This document shows, piece by piece, positions 14,939-29,120 of a DNA stretch of 64,000 nucleotides. The notes under the pieces were generated by a model. It did no database searches, was not told the DNA's origin, and worked only from the letters and a program-made list of their open reading frames with translations. The DNA comes from Octopus vulgaris (lineage: Eukaryota). The DNA is taken from contig OX597828.1 of the NCBI GenBank assembly GCA_951406725.2, forward strand, positions 45,942,001 to 46,006,000, read 5' to 3'. Made by a program: the position numbers and the translations under genes. The first letter of the stretch is position 1, and every line of letters begins with the position of its first letter.

Positions 14939-15404
14939 TATATATGCATCGGATGTCCTCAAATATATATACCAAATTAAATCACTGTAACTCAATTTCC
15001 ATTCCATGTTAGATTTAATCAAGGAGAAATGACGATGTGAACCAGTGGAAAAGCCGAGAGTGCTTAAGAAGGAGGCTCAAACAGATCCACCTCCCTACCT
15101 TACTATCACTCCAATTACATATTGGCTTGAAATTGATGGAATTGTGCAAAATATCCACTGGACCCGTTCCAGAAAATTGCGAACACAACGAGTCCCACAA
15201 AAGCTCCTAGAATCTTATTTCTAGAGTTCTACAAAAAATTTGTGATAGATTACCAAGGAGCATTATGGCGCGGCTTATACTCAAAATGATTAATTTTACG
15301 AGTCTTTCTTGAAGACATTGTTGCAGATCCCAACTATGATGCCGAGCATTCAAGAAAACTAAGTTAAGGATACATAAACATAGCAACATAGGTTGTCAAG
15401 CGAT

Positions 15405-15561
15405 AGGAGTGGCTGTGTGATAAGTAGCTTGTTTACCAACCACACGGTTTCGGGTTCAGTCCCACTGCTTGGCACCTTGGGCAAGTGTCTTCTACTATAG
15501 CCTCGGGCCGACCAAAGCCTTGTGAGTGGATATGGTAGACGGAAACTGAAAGAAGTCCGTC

Positions 15562-15617
<56 letters not shown>

Positions 15618-15839
15618 GCGTGTGTGTGTTTGTGTGTCTGTGTTTGTCCCCCTGGCATTGCTTGACAACCCATGCTGGTGTGTTTATGTCCCCGTTACTT
15701 AGCGGTTCTGCAAAAGAGACCGATAGAATAAGTACTGGGCTTACAAAAGAATAAGTCCCGGGGTCGAGTTGCTCGATTAAAGGCGGTGCTCCAGCATGGC
15801 CGCAGTCAAATGACTGAAACAAGTAAAAGAGTAAAAGAG
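15405..15839 (+). mobile_element. SINE family B
   Basis: Aligns to other B copies. Confidence 0.85.
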
Positions 15840-15840
15840 T

Positions 15841-16231
15841 ATGATGTGGAGATTTGTTTCCAGCCAGATGGGGCACACCACCTGCACCGTAACAATTTAA
15901 GTGCCTACCTTGGTGAGATGTTGCCAAACAAGTGGAGTTACCGAATAGGTCAAGTAAAATACGTTCTGCGTTCACCGGATTTCGTATCATTTTACATTAG
16001 TTTATGTGGATACAAAACCGACAACAGTCGTGGAATGGAGGGTAGACATTGAACTAAGATGCGTAGAAATACCGAACGAAAATACTTTTAAATTTTACGT
16101 TTCCGTTGTTTCATTTTATAAGCATTGCCGTAAAAGAGCAGTCATCAGCTTCGAAACAAGAATTCATAAAAATAGAATTCTCTTCATAGATTCTATAAAA
16201 TTTGGAAAATGAGAATATTTTAATACACGCT
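15841..16231 (+). pseudogene. Decayed Tc1/mariner-superfamily transposase C-terminal part (rosa/DD41D-like)
   Basis: EICFQPDGAHHLH...YLGEMLPNKWSYRIGQVKYVLRSPDFVSFYISLCGY resembles FQQDGAxxH...WPPRSPDLxPxDFFLWGY. Confidence 0.65.
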
Positions 16232-16430
16232 GACTTTTATCATTCAGTGTGTATGCCTCTCTTCTGGGGGAATTGCTGTATGTATGTATGTATGTATGTA
16301 TGTATGTATGTATGTATGTATGTATGTATGTATGTATGTATGTATGTATGTGGCTATGTATGTACGTATGCATGTATGTATGTACGTATGCATTCATGTA
16401 TGTATGCATGTATGTGTATTTATATATATA

Positions 16431-16461
<31 letters not shown>

Positions 16462-16507
16462 CTGTGTGTGTGTGTCTGTGTCTGTGTGTGTCTGTGTCTG
16501 TGTGTGT

Positions 16508-16803
16508 GTGGAGGCGCAATGGTCCAGTGTTTAGGGCAGCGGACTCGCGGTTTCGATTTCCACCGGGCATTGTGATTGTTTCTTGAGCGAAAACACCTAA
16601 AGCCCCACAAGGCTTCGGTAGGGGGTGGTGGCGATCGCTTCTTTACTCTTTCGCCACAACTTTCTCTCACTCTTTCATCTGTTGGCCTGCTCGCTTAGCC
16701 AGCGGGGTGGCGTCATTTTAAGGCTAAAACAATGCAAAGCGCATTGTGTCCAGCGACATGTAGCAGCATCTGATAGCCTGGTCGGTCACGGTGATCACGG
16801 TGA
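16508..16803 (+). mobile_element. SINE with family C head and an alternative 3' tail
   Basis: GTGGAGGCGCAATGG head up to CTTTCTCTCACTCTTT, then an unrelated tail ending (CACGGTGA)2. Confidence 0.8.
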
Positions 16804-17694
16804 GATATATATATATATATATATCAGTTGAATGCATCATTTATTGCTATGTCTATGAGTAATGGAGTTAGAATGGAAGCAATTGGCATAGTGATTAAGG
16901 ATGTTGGACTTGTAGTCATAAAATTGTGGTTTCGAGTCCTGGACCGAAAAAAAAGCGTTGTGTTCCTCGGCAAACCATACTTCACGTTACTCCAATCCAC
17001 TCAAGTGGCAAAATGAGAAATCATGCGATGTGCCGGTATTCCGTCCGGATTGGAAATGCATACGCTCAGACACCGGGAAACCCGCCTCATGAGTCTAAGG
17101 GACTCATATGAGTCTATGTGTCCGTTCAGTTTTCGTGTGAAGGATTCTATTTTCTAAAATTTTATGTCCTAATTTGTAGTTTTCCTCGTTAGAATTGCTA
17201 AGTATAGTCTGTAATCAAGTTAAAGTTATATAATCTGTATTGCCGTTTCTTTCTGATATCATCTGCATACACACATTTCAATACAATATTTTTCACTGAT
17301 ACAATTCAAGGACAATGTTTATATAATTGATGGAATTGGATCAGAATTGAGCTTTTCAAAGTTACATATGAAACTTAAGTGTAAAGAAAAACCAGCATGC
17401 AATTCTAAGAATAAACAATAGTAGTTTTGGTTACAATGTTTATTTATCTTCATTTTACCAAGGTAGCTTATTTAGACTATTATGGCTGTGCTAGATAAGG
17501 ATAAAGGTTTTACCGAGGGGTCAGGTTCCAGCGATTATGAACAATTAAAGGCAGTCCATTGTCAGAAATTATGGCCAATAGTGTCTTACTTTGAATTTCT
17601 GATTCAAAACATGGTCCGAAAGTTCAGCATTATTAATTTTAAAGCGGGAGAATTCGAGTCCAGTTGAAGCTGGGTTGTCTTCCTTTTTCCTTTT

Positions 17695-18109
17695 CCTTTT
17701 CCTTGTTTCAGTCATTTTGACTGCGGCCATGCTGGAGCTCCGCCTTTTTAAGTCGAGCAAATCGACCCCGGGACTTATTCTTTTGGTAAGCCCAGTACTT
17801 ATTCTATCGGTCTCTTTTGCCGAACCGCTAAGTAACGGGAACGTAAACACACCAGCATCGGTTGTCAAGCAAAGCTAAGGGGACAAACACAGACACACAA
17901 ACACACACAAACACACACACGCATATATATATATATATACATATATACGACGGGCTTCTTTCAGTTTCCGTCTACCAAATCCTCTCACAAGGCATTGGTC
18001 GGCCCGGGGCTATAGCAGAAGACACTTGCCCAAGGTGCCACGCAGTGGGACTGAACCCGGAACCATGTGGTTGGTAAGCAAGCTACTTACCACACAGCCA
18101 CTCCTGCGC
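17695..18109 (-). mobile_element. SINE family B
   Basis: Aligns to other B copies. Confidence 0.9.
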
Positions 18110-18337
18110 GTATGTACAGGTTTATGTGAAAAGTTTCCTTTTAAAAATTTTATGGCACACTCTATAGCTTTCTTCATTGGAAGATGAAATAAAGTGCCTT
18201 GCTCAAGGATACAAAGTATCCCCGAGAACCGAACTCACAACCTTGCGATCCTGAAGTGAATAACTCATAATCACTAAGCCACTTGCCTTCGCAGATGATG
18301 AGTTAAAAATTGAATCGCGTTAAATCATAGACAGATA

Positions 18338-18735
18338 AGGCGGCGAACTGGCAGAAACGTTAGCACGCCGGGCGAAATGCTTTGCGGTAATTCGTCAGCC
18401 GTTACGTTCTGAGTTCAAATTCCGCCGAGGTCCACTTTGTCTTTCATCCTTTCGGGATCGATTAAATAAGTACCAGTTACGCACTGGGGTCGATATAATC
18501 GACTTACTCCGTTTGTCTGTCCTTGTTTGTCCTTTCTGAATTTAGCCTCTTGTGGGTAGTAAAGAAATAGGTATTTCGTCTGCAGCTACGTTCTGAGTTC
18601 AAATTCCGCCGAGGTCCCCTTTGCCTTTCATCCTTTCGGGGTCGATAAATCAAGCATCGGTTGCGTACTTGGGTCGATCTAATCGACTGGACCCCTCCCC
18701 AGAAATTTCGGGCATTGTGTCTAGAGTAAAAAAAA
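18338..18735 (+). mobile_element. SINE family A head-to-tail dimer (full monomer plus 5'-truncated monomer with second tail type)
   Basis: The first tail AAGAAATAGGTAT runs directly into TTCGTCTGCAGCTACGTTCTGAGTTC. Confidence 0.8.
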
Positions 18736-19132
18736 GGAAAGAAATATTGACAAATCAATATATATTTTATTGGTGTAATATTCCTTTTTTCGATAGCTTG
18801 GTTCGTGTTGTGTGTATGTGTATGTGTGTGTGTGTGTGTGTGTGTGTTTGTGTGTGTGCGTGATTGCATGTGTATGTGTATATGACAGAGGGTGGTGGAG
18901 CAGACAGACAGTCAGACAAGCAAACAGATAAAGAGAAAGATTACATTGATTATTACGTTTGTATTATATGTAAGGTCTACGCCAAGCAATAAATTTACCT
19001 CATTAGGTTATTAAGTGTACGTTTTATGAAAGAAAATTAAGCAGAAAGCAAAGATATACACATACATACACATGAACAAACATAGATAATATAAAAATAT
19101 GTACACATAATCATACAAGTATATACATATTT

Positions 19133-20076
19133 ACACACATATACACATGCATACACACACACACAAGCAGACACATATATGTGTGTATAATTGTCTGTAG
19201 ACACACACATATACACATGCATACACACACACACAAGCAGACACATATATGTGTGTATAATTGTCTGTAGACACACACATATACACATGCATACACACAC
19301 ACACAAGCAGACACATATATGTGTGTATAATTGTCTGTAAACACACACATATACACATGCATACACACACACACAAGCAGACACATATATGTGTGTATAA
19401 TTGTCTGTAGACACACACATATACACATGCATACACACACACACAAGCAGACACATATATGTGTGTATAATTGTCTGTAAACACACACATATACACATGC
19501 ATACACACACACACAAGCAGACACATATATGTGTGTATAATTGTCTGTAGACACACACATATACACATGCATACACACACACACAAGCAGACACATATAT
19601 GTGTGTATAATTGTCTGTAGATACACACATATACACATGCATACACACACACACAAGCAGACACATATATGTGTGTATAATTGTCTGTAGACACACACAT
19701 ATACACATGCATACACACACACACAAGCAAACACATATATGTGTGTATAATTGTCTGTAGACACACACATATACACATGCATACACACACACACAAGCAG
19801 ACACATATATGTGTGTATAATTGTCTGTAGATACACACATATACACATGCATACACACACACACAAGCAGACACATATATGTTTGTATAATTGTCTGTAG
19901 ATACACACATATACACATGCATACACACACACACAAGCAGACACATATATGTGTGTATAATTGTCTGTAGATACACACATATACACATGCATACACACAC
20001 ACAGAAGCAGACACAAATATGTGTGTATAATTGTCTGTAGACACACACATATACACATGCATACACACACACACAA
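19133..20076 (+). repeat. 70-bp minisatellite, about 13.5 near-identical units
   Basis: TTGTCTGTAR recurs at 19191, 19261 ... 20031 with an exact 70-bp period (13 times). Confidence 0.97.
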
Positions 20077-20164
20077 ACACATATGGATAGATGTGGGTAT
20101 AAGCGCACAGATGCACGTGTAAACATGCACGCATGTTTTTGTGGGTGTTAGTAAGCGTATATCA

Positions 20165-20288
20165 GTGTGTGCGTGTATGTGTGTATGTGATTGTGCGTGT
20201 GTGCTTGTGTGTGTGTGTGATTGTGTGTGTGTGATTGTGTGTGTGTGTGCTTGTGTGTGTGTGTGCTTGTGTGTGTGTGTTTGTGTGT

Positions 20289-20327
<39 letters not shown>

Positions 20328-20369
20328 TATGTGTGTGCTTGTGTGTGTGTGTTTGTGTGTGTGTATGTG

Positions 20370-20402
<33 letters not shown>

Positions 20403-20532
20403 ATGTGTGTACTTGTGTGTGTGTGTTTGTGTGTGTGTATGTGTGTGCTTGTGTGTGTGTATGTGTGTGTGTGCGCGTGTGTGCGTGTGTGTATGTGTGT
20501 ATGTGTGTGCTTGTGTATGTGCGTTTGTGTGC

Positions 20533-20567
<35 letters not shown>

Positions 20568-20576
20568 TGTGTGTGA
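20165..20576 (+). repeat. Imperfect (TG)n array
   Basis: Read directly from the sequence. Confidence 0.95.
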
Positions 20577-21013
20577 GTCTGACTGTGTTTACGCATTAGT
20601 GTGCCTGTTGTCGCGGTGTCACAAAAAAGTGTGTCAGTCCTGTGTTGATCTTTGATGAAGCTTTTAGTTCAACCTGAATTATTTCCAGCGGATCACAAGG
20701 AGAAAATATTTATACGAAAAAGAGCGAAATAATAGAGTTATAGAGAAACACAAAATGAACTAAAGGTAGACGTACAACCCAACACCCAAACCACACTCAC
20801 ACAACGAACGCACCTAACAGCGAACAATACACAAGACAGCAAGGACATGAAGAAGAAGAATAAAGTAAGAAAGAAAGAAAAGGAGGATAGAATGAAAGGA
20901 AAACGGAGTGAAGGAATGTTCGGCCTTCAACTTATTCACTGAAAGTTGTCATGTGACTCGATATATGTATGTGTGTGTGTGCGTGTGTATGCGTGTGTGT
21001 GTTTGTGTTTATG

Positions 21014-21059
<46 letters not shown>

Positions 21060-21077
21060 CAGTTATATATAATTATA

Positions 21078-21266
21078 TATTTCCTGTATATAAGTTTTTA
21101 AGGTGTTCAAGTTCTAAATGGTTAAAAAGTCAAAAAAGGTTACTTATTTTCGTTCTTGTATCATCCAGCATTTTGGTTAGCAGACTGCCTGGATGCAACA
21201 TTTGGGCTCCACAGTATGGCTTGCTCCAATTCGTCTTAATTTGGGATCTTGGAATCATATATATAT

Positions 21267-21359
<93 letters not shown>

Positions 21360-21413
21360 ATATATATATATATATATATTATTACATATACATACTGTAC
21401 ATAGACATATGCC

Positions 21414-21451
<38 letters not shown>

Positions 21452-21792
21452 TGCATGTATATATATGAAATATGGACGTAATGGCACATATATATATATG
21501 TATATATATATATATTATATGTATGTATGTATATATATATGTATATATGTATATAAGTACACACACACACACACACATATATATATATGTGTGTATGTAT
21601 ATATATATATATATGATTCCAAGATCCCAAATTAAGACGAATTGGAGCAAGCCATACTGTGGAGCCCAAATGTTGTATCCAGGCAGTCTGCTAACCAAAA
21701 TGCTGGATGATATATGAACAAAAACAAGTAACCTTTTTGACTTTTTAACCATTTAGGACTTGAACACCTTAAAAACTTATATACAGGAAATA
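21078..21792. repeat. About 180-bp inverted repeat (21078-21256 / 21615-21792) around a (TA)/(TG)/(CA) spacer
   Basis: The arms are reverse complements with only a handful of differences. Confidence 0.95.
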
Positions 21793-22007
21793 GTTTCACC
21801 TTAATAGAGTTTTAGTTCTCACCAGAAAATCCATCAACAAACTCTTCCCGTTCAACGACAGAGGATGTAAAGACTATCTTATTTTTAAAGCTACGTTGTA
21901 TCTAATTGTTACTATATCGTATTAGCTTGAAATGCGCTGAACTCCCGTTCAGGTAATTTTGTTATAAAATCCATCAATATTTTGAACACATTATTTTTTG
22001 TCAATTT

Positions 22008-22522
22008 AAGGCGGCGAGCTGGCAGAATCTTTATCAAGCCTGGTGAAATGTTTAACAGTATTTCGTCTGTCTTTACGTTCTGGGTTTAAATTCGCCGAGG
22101 TCGACTTTGCCTTTCATCCTTTAGGGGTCGATATATTAATTACCAGTTGCATACTGGGGTCGTTCTCATCGACTAGCCCCCTCCCCCGAAATTTCAGGCC
22201 TTGTGCCTAGAGTAGAAAAGATACCTTGGGGGTTGATAAGTACTGGGGTCGATCTAATCGACTGACACCCTCCCACAAAAATTTCAGGCCTTGTGCCTAG
22301 AGTAGAAAAGATTCCTTGGAGGTTGATAAGTACTGAGGTCGATCTAATCGACTGACCCTCTCCCCACCAAAAAAAATTCAGGTCTTGTATCTGGTATAGA
22401 GAAGGTTCTTTTCAGGGTCGATAAATTAAGTACCAGTTATGTACTGGGGTCGATCTAATCGACTGCCCCCCCCCCCCAAAAAAAAAATATGTCTGACTTT
22501 GTCCCTATAGTAAAAAGGATTA
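22008..22522 (+). mobile_element. SINE family A followed by three extra tandem copies of its ~90-bp 3' module
   Basis: TACTGGGGTCGATCTAATCGAC...CCTTGTGCCTAGAGTAGAAAAG is repeated 4 times with variation. Confidence 0.85.
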
Positions 22523-23012
22523 TTTTCTATTTTTATGGAATTTATTGACAATTCAAATTCGCATCAACAAAAGAAGTTTGGAAGAATGTTTCACCGAATT
22601 TTGTCCTGTACGTTAAGTTTCTTTTAAACATTTTGATTTTCATTAAAAGACAAAATTCGTTGTTGTAATTGATGTGGATTTCAATAGATTTCTCAAAAAT
22701 CACTTTAAATCTACACTTCGTTTTAAGACTCAGGTACATTTTCACTCCACAAACCAACTCACCTCTTATATTTCTTGCATGCAAATAAACCCCTTTTTCC
22801 ACACATGCATAACAAATCTGCACATATACATACATATATGCATTCACACTACATACATACAAAAAAACCCTATCTTTGATGTTGGAATACATACATACAC
22901 AAACATATATACATACATGCATACTCACATACATATATACGTACATTCATACATACACACACATCTATACATACATATGTACATAGAGACATACTTATAT
23001 ACATACATCCAT

Positions 23013-23054
<42 letters not shown>

Positions 23055-23544
23055 GTATATATATATATATGTTTATGTTTCCCTCCATCTTGTGTGTATA
23101 AATGTATATGTGTGTGTGTGTGTGTGTTTTTCACCACTCCATCGCTTGACAACCGAAGTTGGTGTGTTTAATTCCCCGTAACTAGACTTACAAAGAATAA
23201 GTCCTGGGGTCAATTTGTTCGAGTAAAGGCGCTGCTCCAGAGAAAGTCAAATATTTTCTTGGAAATTTGAAAAAGAAAATTTAAACGAAAACTATGGTGA
23301 TACAAACAAGTTGAGCGCCGGCGCAGAATTTATCCTCCAGAAGAAACTATGAAGATTGTACAGAAAGGAACTCAACACATAAAAATGAACATCAAATACA
23401 CAAACTACTGAATTATTTAAGAAACGTTCTTCCTGTATCACTATATTATCGTCCGCCAACATTATCATTTTAGGATTAAATTTTTAAACTAACCTCGAAC
23501 CGGCTTTTAATATATATGTTTAGGAAACCAAATATCGATTTCAA

Positions 23545-23750
23545 ATTTTGGCACAAGTCCAGAAAATTTGGAAGATGGACTATGTTGGTAACATCGGCCC
23601 CAGTGATCAACTGGTGCTTATTTTATAGACCCGGAAATGATAAAAGGTAAAGAAGACCTCGGTGGAATTTGAACCCAGAACGAAAAGATGGACGAAATGT
23701 CATTATGCATTTTACCCAACGTGCTAACGATTTTGCCCGTTCACTGCCTT
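23545..23750 (-). mobile_element. Diverged SINE family A
   Basis: GACCTCGGTGGAATTTGAACCCAGAAC...GTGCTAACGATTTTGCC. Confidence 0.7.
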
Positions 23751-24681
23751 AGTAAGCTTAATTGTTTCTTTGTTTCATTTTTCATTTTTATTTTATGCTT
23801 AACGAACACCAAATTAAACCTTTTAAGCCACGGTTAAAGGAAGTGTTAATCCTGTATTTGGGTCCACGCTTAATTTATCTCACTTTGAAATAGTCTTACA
23901 GAGAATAAAGCATATTTTAAATTTTATTGGAAGATAAATTACGAACCAGTGAAGAGAAGTAACCAGAAAAGTGAAAAAATTGCTTCTTGGTTGAATTTAA
24001 TTCAGTAAGGAAAATAGTTGAATTTTCATCTGATATGAGTGAAAAAAATGGAAAAGGAAAAAAGGTTAATGTATGTGGAGAAAGCATTCACCGTGGAGTA
24101 TAAAGTCGCCACGTGTTCTTTACAATGGTAGTAAAAAAACAAAACAAGATAAAACAAATAAACAAACAAAAAACAGGTTGAAAATGAACAATAATGCATA
24201 TAGAGTAATATAACAGGTTTCGCTTGACAACATCAATAAAAGCAAAACATGTTGTAAGAAATGTATTATACATTATTATCGTGTTTATAAAGTCAAATGT
24301 TGCGATCGTATGTTGTACGAAAGACTTCTTTTTCTTCTTTTCTTACATGACCTGACAGAAAGTGATTCGGCAATTTTGTTTCTCATTCAAGTTAAAACAT
24401 GTTTCGTTATTGAAAACATCAAAAAATGTGAGTGGGCAAACGACCGATTCAAGTGCGTGCTGTTAACAATGTTATGTCACAGATATTAACAACGGGTCGC
24501 TGCACAAACTACCGGGTGCCGGGTGAAGTAGTGAAACATTTTCTTGCATTTTACTTTCTATAGCCAAAATGGTTGCTTGAGAAATCGCCTAGGATTAGTC
24601 CTTATAAATCCAGAGAAATACTATAATCGCCACTTGTTGCAACGAGATCATCATAACATTAGTGCTAAGATTTTTAATACA

Positions 24682-25075
24682 CTCTTTTACTCTTTTACTT
24701 GTTTCAGTCATTTGATGCGGCCATTCTGGAGCACCGCCTTTAGTCGAGCAACTCGACCCCGGGACTTATTCTTTTGTAAGCCCAGTACTTATTCTATCGG
24801 TCAATTTTGCCGAACCGCTAAGTAACGGGGACATAAACACACCAGCATCGGTTGTCAAGCAATGCTAGGGGACAAAGACAGACACACAAACACACACACG
24901 CATACACATACATATATATACATACATACGACGGGCTTCTTTCAGTTTCCGTCTACCAAATCCACTCACAAGGCTTTGGTCGGCCCGAGGCTATAGTAGA
25001 AGACACTTGCCGAAGGTGCCACGCAGTGGGACTGAACCCGGAACCATGTGGCTGGTAAACAAGCTACTTACCACT
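24682..25075 (-). mobile_element. SINE family B
   Basis: Aligns to other B copies. Confidence 0.9.
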
Positions 25076-26251
25076 ATAACATGCAGTAAAGATTGAAAAC
25101 ATTTTATTTTAGCTAGGCTGAAACTTAGGAACCTGTTTTAATTAAAGGGTAAGAAAGCATTTTTTTTATAAGTTTTTCATTTCTTAGAATCGATGATTCA
25201 TGTAAACTAAATCGTGACATTGTATGAAACGTTGTTCTTTAAAACATTCTTCCCTTCATTTAGAAAGTTAAAATATTTTACAATATCAAACCTCATTCTC
25301 AGGATTGAGTAAATAAAGGAAACTTATGTTCAATAAAATTGATCTATGTTGAGGCAAATGTAAAATCAGGACCCTTACCTACAGTTTTTTCTATATCTTT
25401 CTTTTTTTACATTTCTTTAGATCACTACACTGCGGACAAACTGGGCCTCGTTCCGAAGGGTTCCATCAGATCGACACGTGTACATATTTTCTAAGTCTGG
25501 GTTCTGTTATATTAGTCTCCTTTGCAGAACTGCAAAATTTCGGGAGCGTAATCAAGTCAACATTTGTTGGTTAGGTGGAAGCAAACATACATATTTATAT
25601 ACACACACATACATACACACTCACACACACACACACGAACACACGCAAGTACACACAGACACGCACACACACATATATATTGTGGGAGTAACAGTCTTCG
25701 AAGACTCGTATAGTCATTGAATGCTCGAAATGAGGAGTAAGATAGACAGCCGACAACTGATAAATGGTCACTCTTTGAGTTACTTGTCCTGTTTTGCATG
25801 TTATTCTATCGTTGTTTGCGTATTCAACTCATTTGTTTTCGTATTTCCTATTTAGACAGCTGGTGACCCCCTGTACCCACATATGCATAGATGTATATAT
25901 ATATATTAAATTGAACGCGACGCATCTATTTCCAAATAACTTTATCTTAATCTTTTTGATGTGACTCAATTTTATACTATTTTCTCCCCATCCTACTTTA
26001 ATTCCCTTTTCTATCTATTAGGCTTCTCAAAACCAGAAAGGAGAAAGGTAATGCATGAAAATACATATATAAACCATAGAAATCTGCATATACATACATA
26101 CATACATACATACATACATACATACATACATACATACATACATACATACATACATACATACATACATACACACATACATGCATACATACACACATACATA
26201 CATACATACATACATACATACATACATACATACATACATACATACATACAG

Positions 26252-26542
26252 CTGGGACCCATTTCGGTCATAACTGACCATGGCATTGCACCTAGAACGT
26301 TACCCTCCCAGGCACAAATCCGGGCAAGGTTGTTTATGGAAGACCAGCAGTCGCCCATGCATACCAGCCTCCCCTCTCTACGCCACCTGTGTTATCCAAG
26401 TGATAGGTAAAGACCGATACAGCTTGGCACCTGTGACATCGCAACTCATTTCTACAACTGAGTAAACTGGAGTAACGTGAAATAAAGTGTCTTGCTCAAG
26501 AACTCAACACGCAGCCCAGACCGTGATTCGAACTCACAACCT
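26252..26542 (-). mobile_element. SINE family D
   Basis: Reverse complement aligns to 40845-41138. Confidence 0.8.
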
Positions 26543-26871
26543 AATACATATATGCATACATCCTAGACAGTCAACAAAATCCCTGAACGCATACATGAAG
26601 ATATTCAAACGACGTAATTGAATCATATACATTTATACACACCAAAATAAATCATACATGTATAGGCGTATACATGTATAAAGAAAAAAAGCGAAACATA
26701 CATAAAAGTATAGGAGATATAGAAAAGCATATAAAATATATATGAAAATACATATAAAAGTACATATAAATAAGGGTTACATCTAAAACCTTATGCGTGA
26801 TAAATATAGGAGTCACAAAATATATATTTACATGTCCATAATTAGCCCATACTTGCTATAACATACTTAGT

Positions 26872-26912
<41 letters not shown>

Positions 26913-26936
26913 GATATATATATATATTTATGTATG

Positions 26937-26970
<34 letters not shown>

Positions 26971-27113
26971 TGTATGTATGTATGTATGTATGTATGTATA
27001 GGTTTATGAATTTGTATTGCAACACTCCTCATGTGAAATCATGTGTTGAAACAGATTTTGTTGTGTTTCGGGAGGGTAAGTTTTACTTTTTTTTGCCAAA
27101 ATAAACTCACGCA

Positions 27114-27191
<78 letters not shown>

Positions 27192-27237
27192 GTATATATA
27201 TATACATAGATATATAATATATATACAACACACACAC

Positions 27238-27280
<43 letters not shown>

Positions 27281-27292
27281 TGTATATATATG

Positions 27293-27330
<38 letters not shown>

Positions 27331-27335
27331 TATAC

Positions 27336-27469
<134 letters not shown>

Positions 27470-27655
27470 TTTTCATTCGTTTATTACTGTTCTTACTCTA
27501 ACTCATGTCCGTTGTCCGGAAATCTTTTGTCACACATTTTTTACTTCTGCAGAGACACTTTTCACCTCCGTGTGTGCTCCACTTATTTCATTCTACTCTT
27601 CTATGATGTGTCATCAAAACAGGGACCATGCCGAAATAGAACAATGCTTCTGTGT

Positions 27656-27720
<65 letters not shown>

Positions 27721-28184
27721 GTGTCTTACTATATATTATCGAACCCAATATTGCAAGAACAGGGGAATCCACAAAGGTGTGTGAGACATGAACTGAAAGA
27801 AATGTCACAAAAGCCACGATGAAATATCATAAAATTTTAGTAAATGCTTCGTAGACCAAACTCGTATCACTCCTGGCGTAAACGTACAATAAAGATAAAA
27901 ATTACATCATTTTGGTGTAACATCATTTTGACAGATATTTAAGATGTTTGCCATATCCAGGTCATTTCTCTATTTGTAATTGTGAGACTACAAGAATTTC
28001 CGGGCCAAGTGGAGAGAACGCCGACTCGCTCCGGTGAAACTCTAATTACGCCTTTCGTTCAACGTAACAAAAGAAATACAACAGTTCATATATATTTCTA
28101 ACGAAATATAAAACTCGTGTTGTTTTAACTCTCAGCTTCGGTTGACACGTATACAGTTACAGAAAAATATGTACCACGCGAAAG

Positions 28185-28226
<42 letters not shown>

Positions 28227-28449
28227 AGAAGAAGAAGAAGAAGAAGAAGAAGAAGAAGAAGAAGAAGAAGAAGAAGAAGAAGAAGAAGAAGAAGATGATG
28301 AAACGAGAGAACGAGTCTGAATGTCCTCATGTATATACATACTTATTTATCTATCTGTCTGTCAGTTCACTTGTCTGTCTGCGTATCTACCTATGTTTAT
28401 ATATATGTAAATATGTATATGTATGTATGTATGTATATGTATATTTATA

Positions 28450-28500
<51 letters not shown>

Positions 28501-29046
28501 TGTGTATGTGTGTGTGTGTGTGTGTGCGTGGTGTGTGTGTATAATTTAAACTTACCACAAGGCATGAGGATGAGGAAAAAGCATCAATCTGTTTAGAAAT
28601 AGGAGCTAAATCCTTAAATCAAGCGCCGGAAGGCACCAAATAACAGAAAAACAACAGTAGGCAAAGAAACGGATAGTGAATGAAGACATTAAAAAGCATA
28701 CCTTTCAAGAATATACCATTCAGATACTCATATACCAAGGTTTCGGATTCTGGCCCGAGAACCTCAATGAATCAGTATGAATCACTGGTAAAAATTCCCC
28801 TTGTTGCTAGCGAAATGGTATATGCCGGCTGTGTGAGCAACTGGTTGATTTAATGGCGGAACAAACGGGAACTTCATTAGAAAAGTTGAAATCCATTTTC
28901 TCGGTAACTATAGGGGCTAGAGAGAAAAGACCAACCGCGTTCCAATCTATGCACCCGTCTCCAGATGTGTGAAATTTTTCACGCGGATCCACTAAGCCGT
29001 TTGGCTGTGTACCTCAAGACAAGAAAGAATAAAACGATCGCCCATC

Positions 29047-29119
<73 letters not shown>

Positions 29120-29120
<1 letters not shown>

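Noticed and set aside
19037-20134. 330-365 aa ORFs and a CRISPR-like periodic array
   Set aside because: This is a 70-bp tandem repeat with no unique spacers and no cas genes, in eukaryotic context.
28556-28588. 33-nt minus-strand micro-exon with AG/GTAAGT
   Set aside because: The acceptor side resembles a repeat also seen near 63880, and there are no supporting exons.
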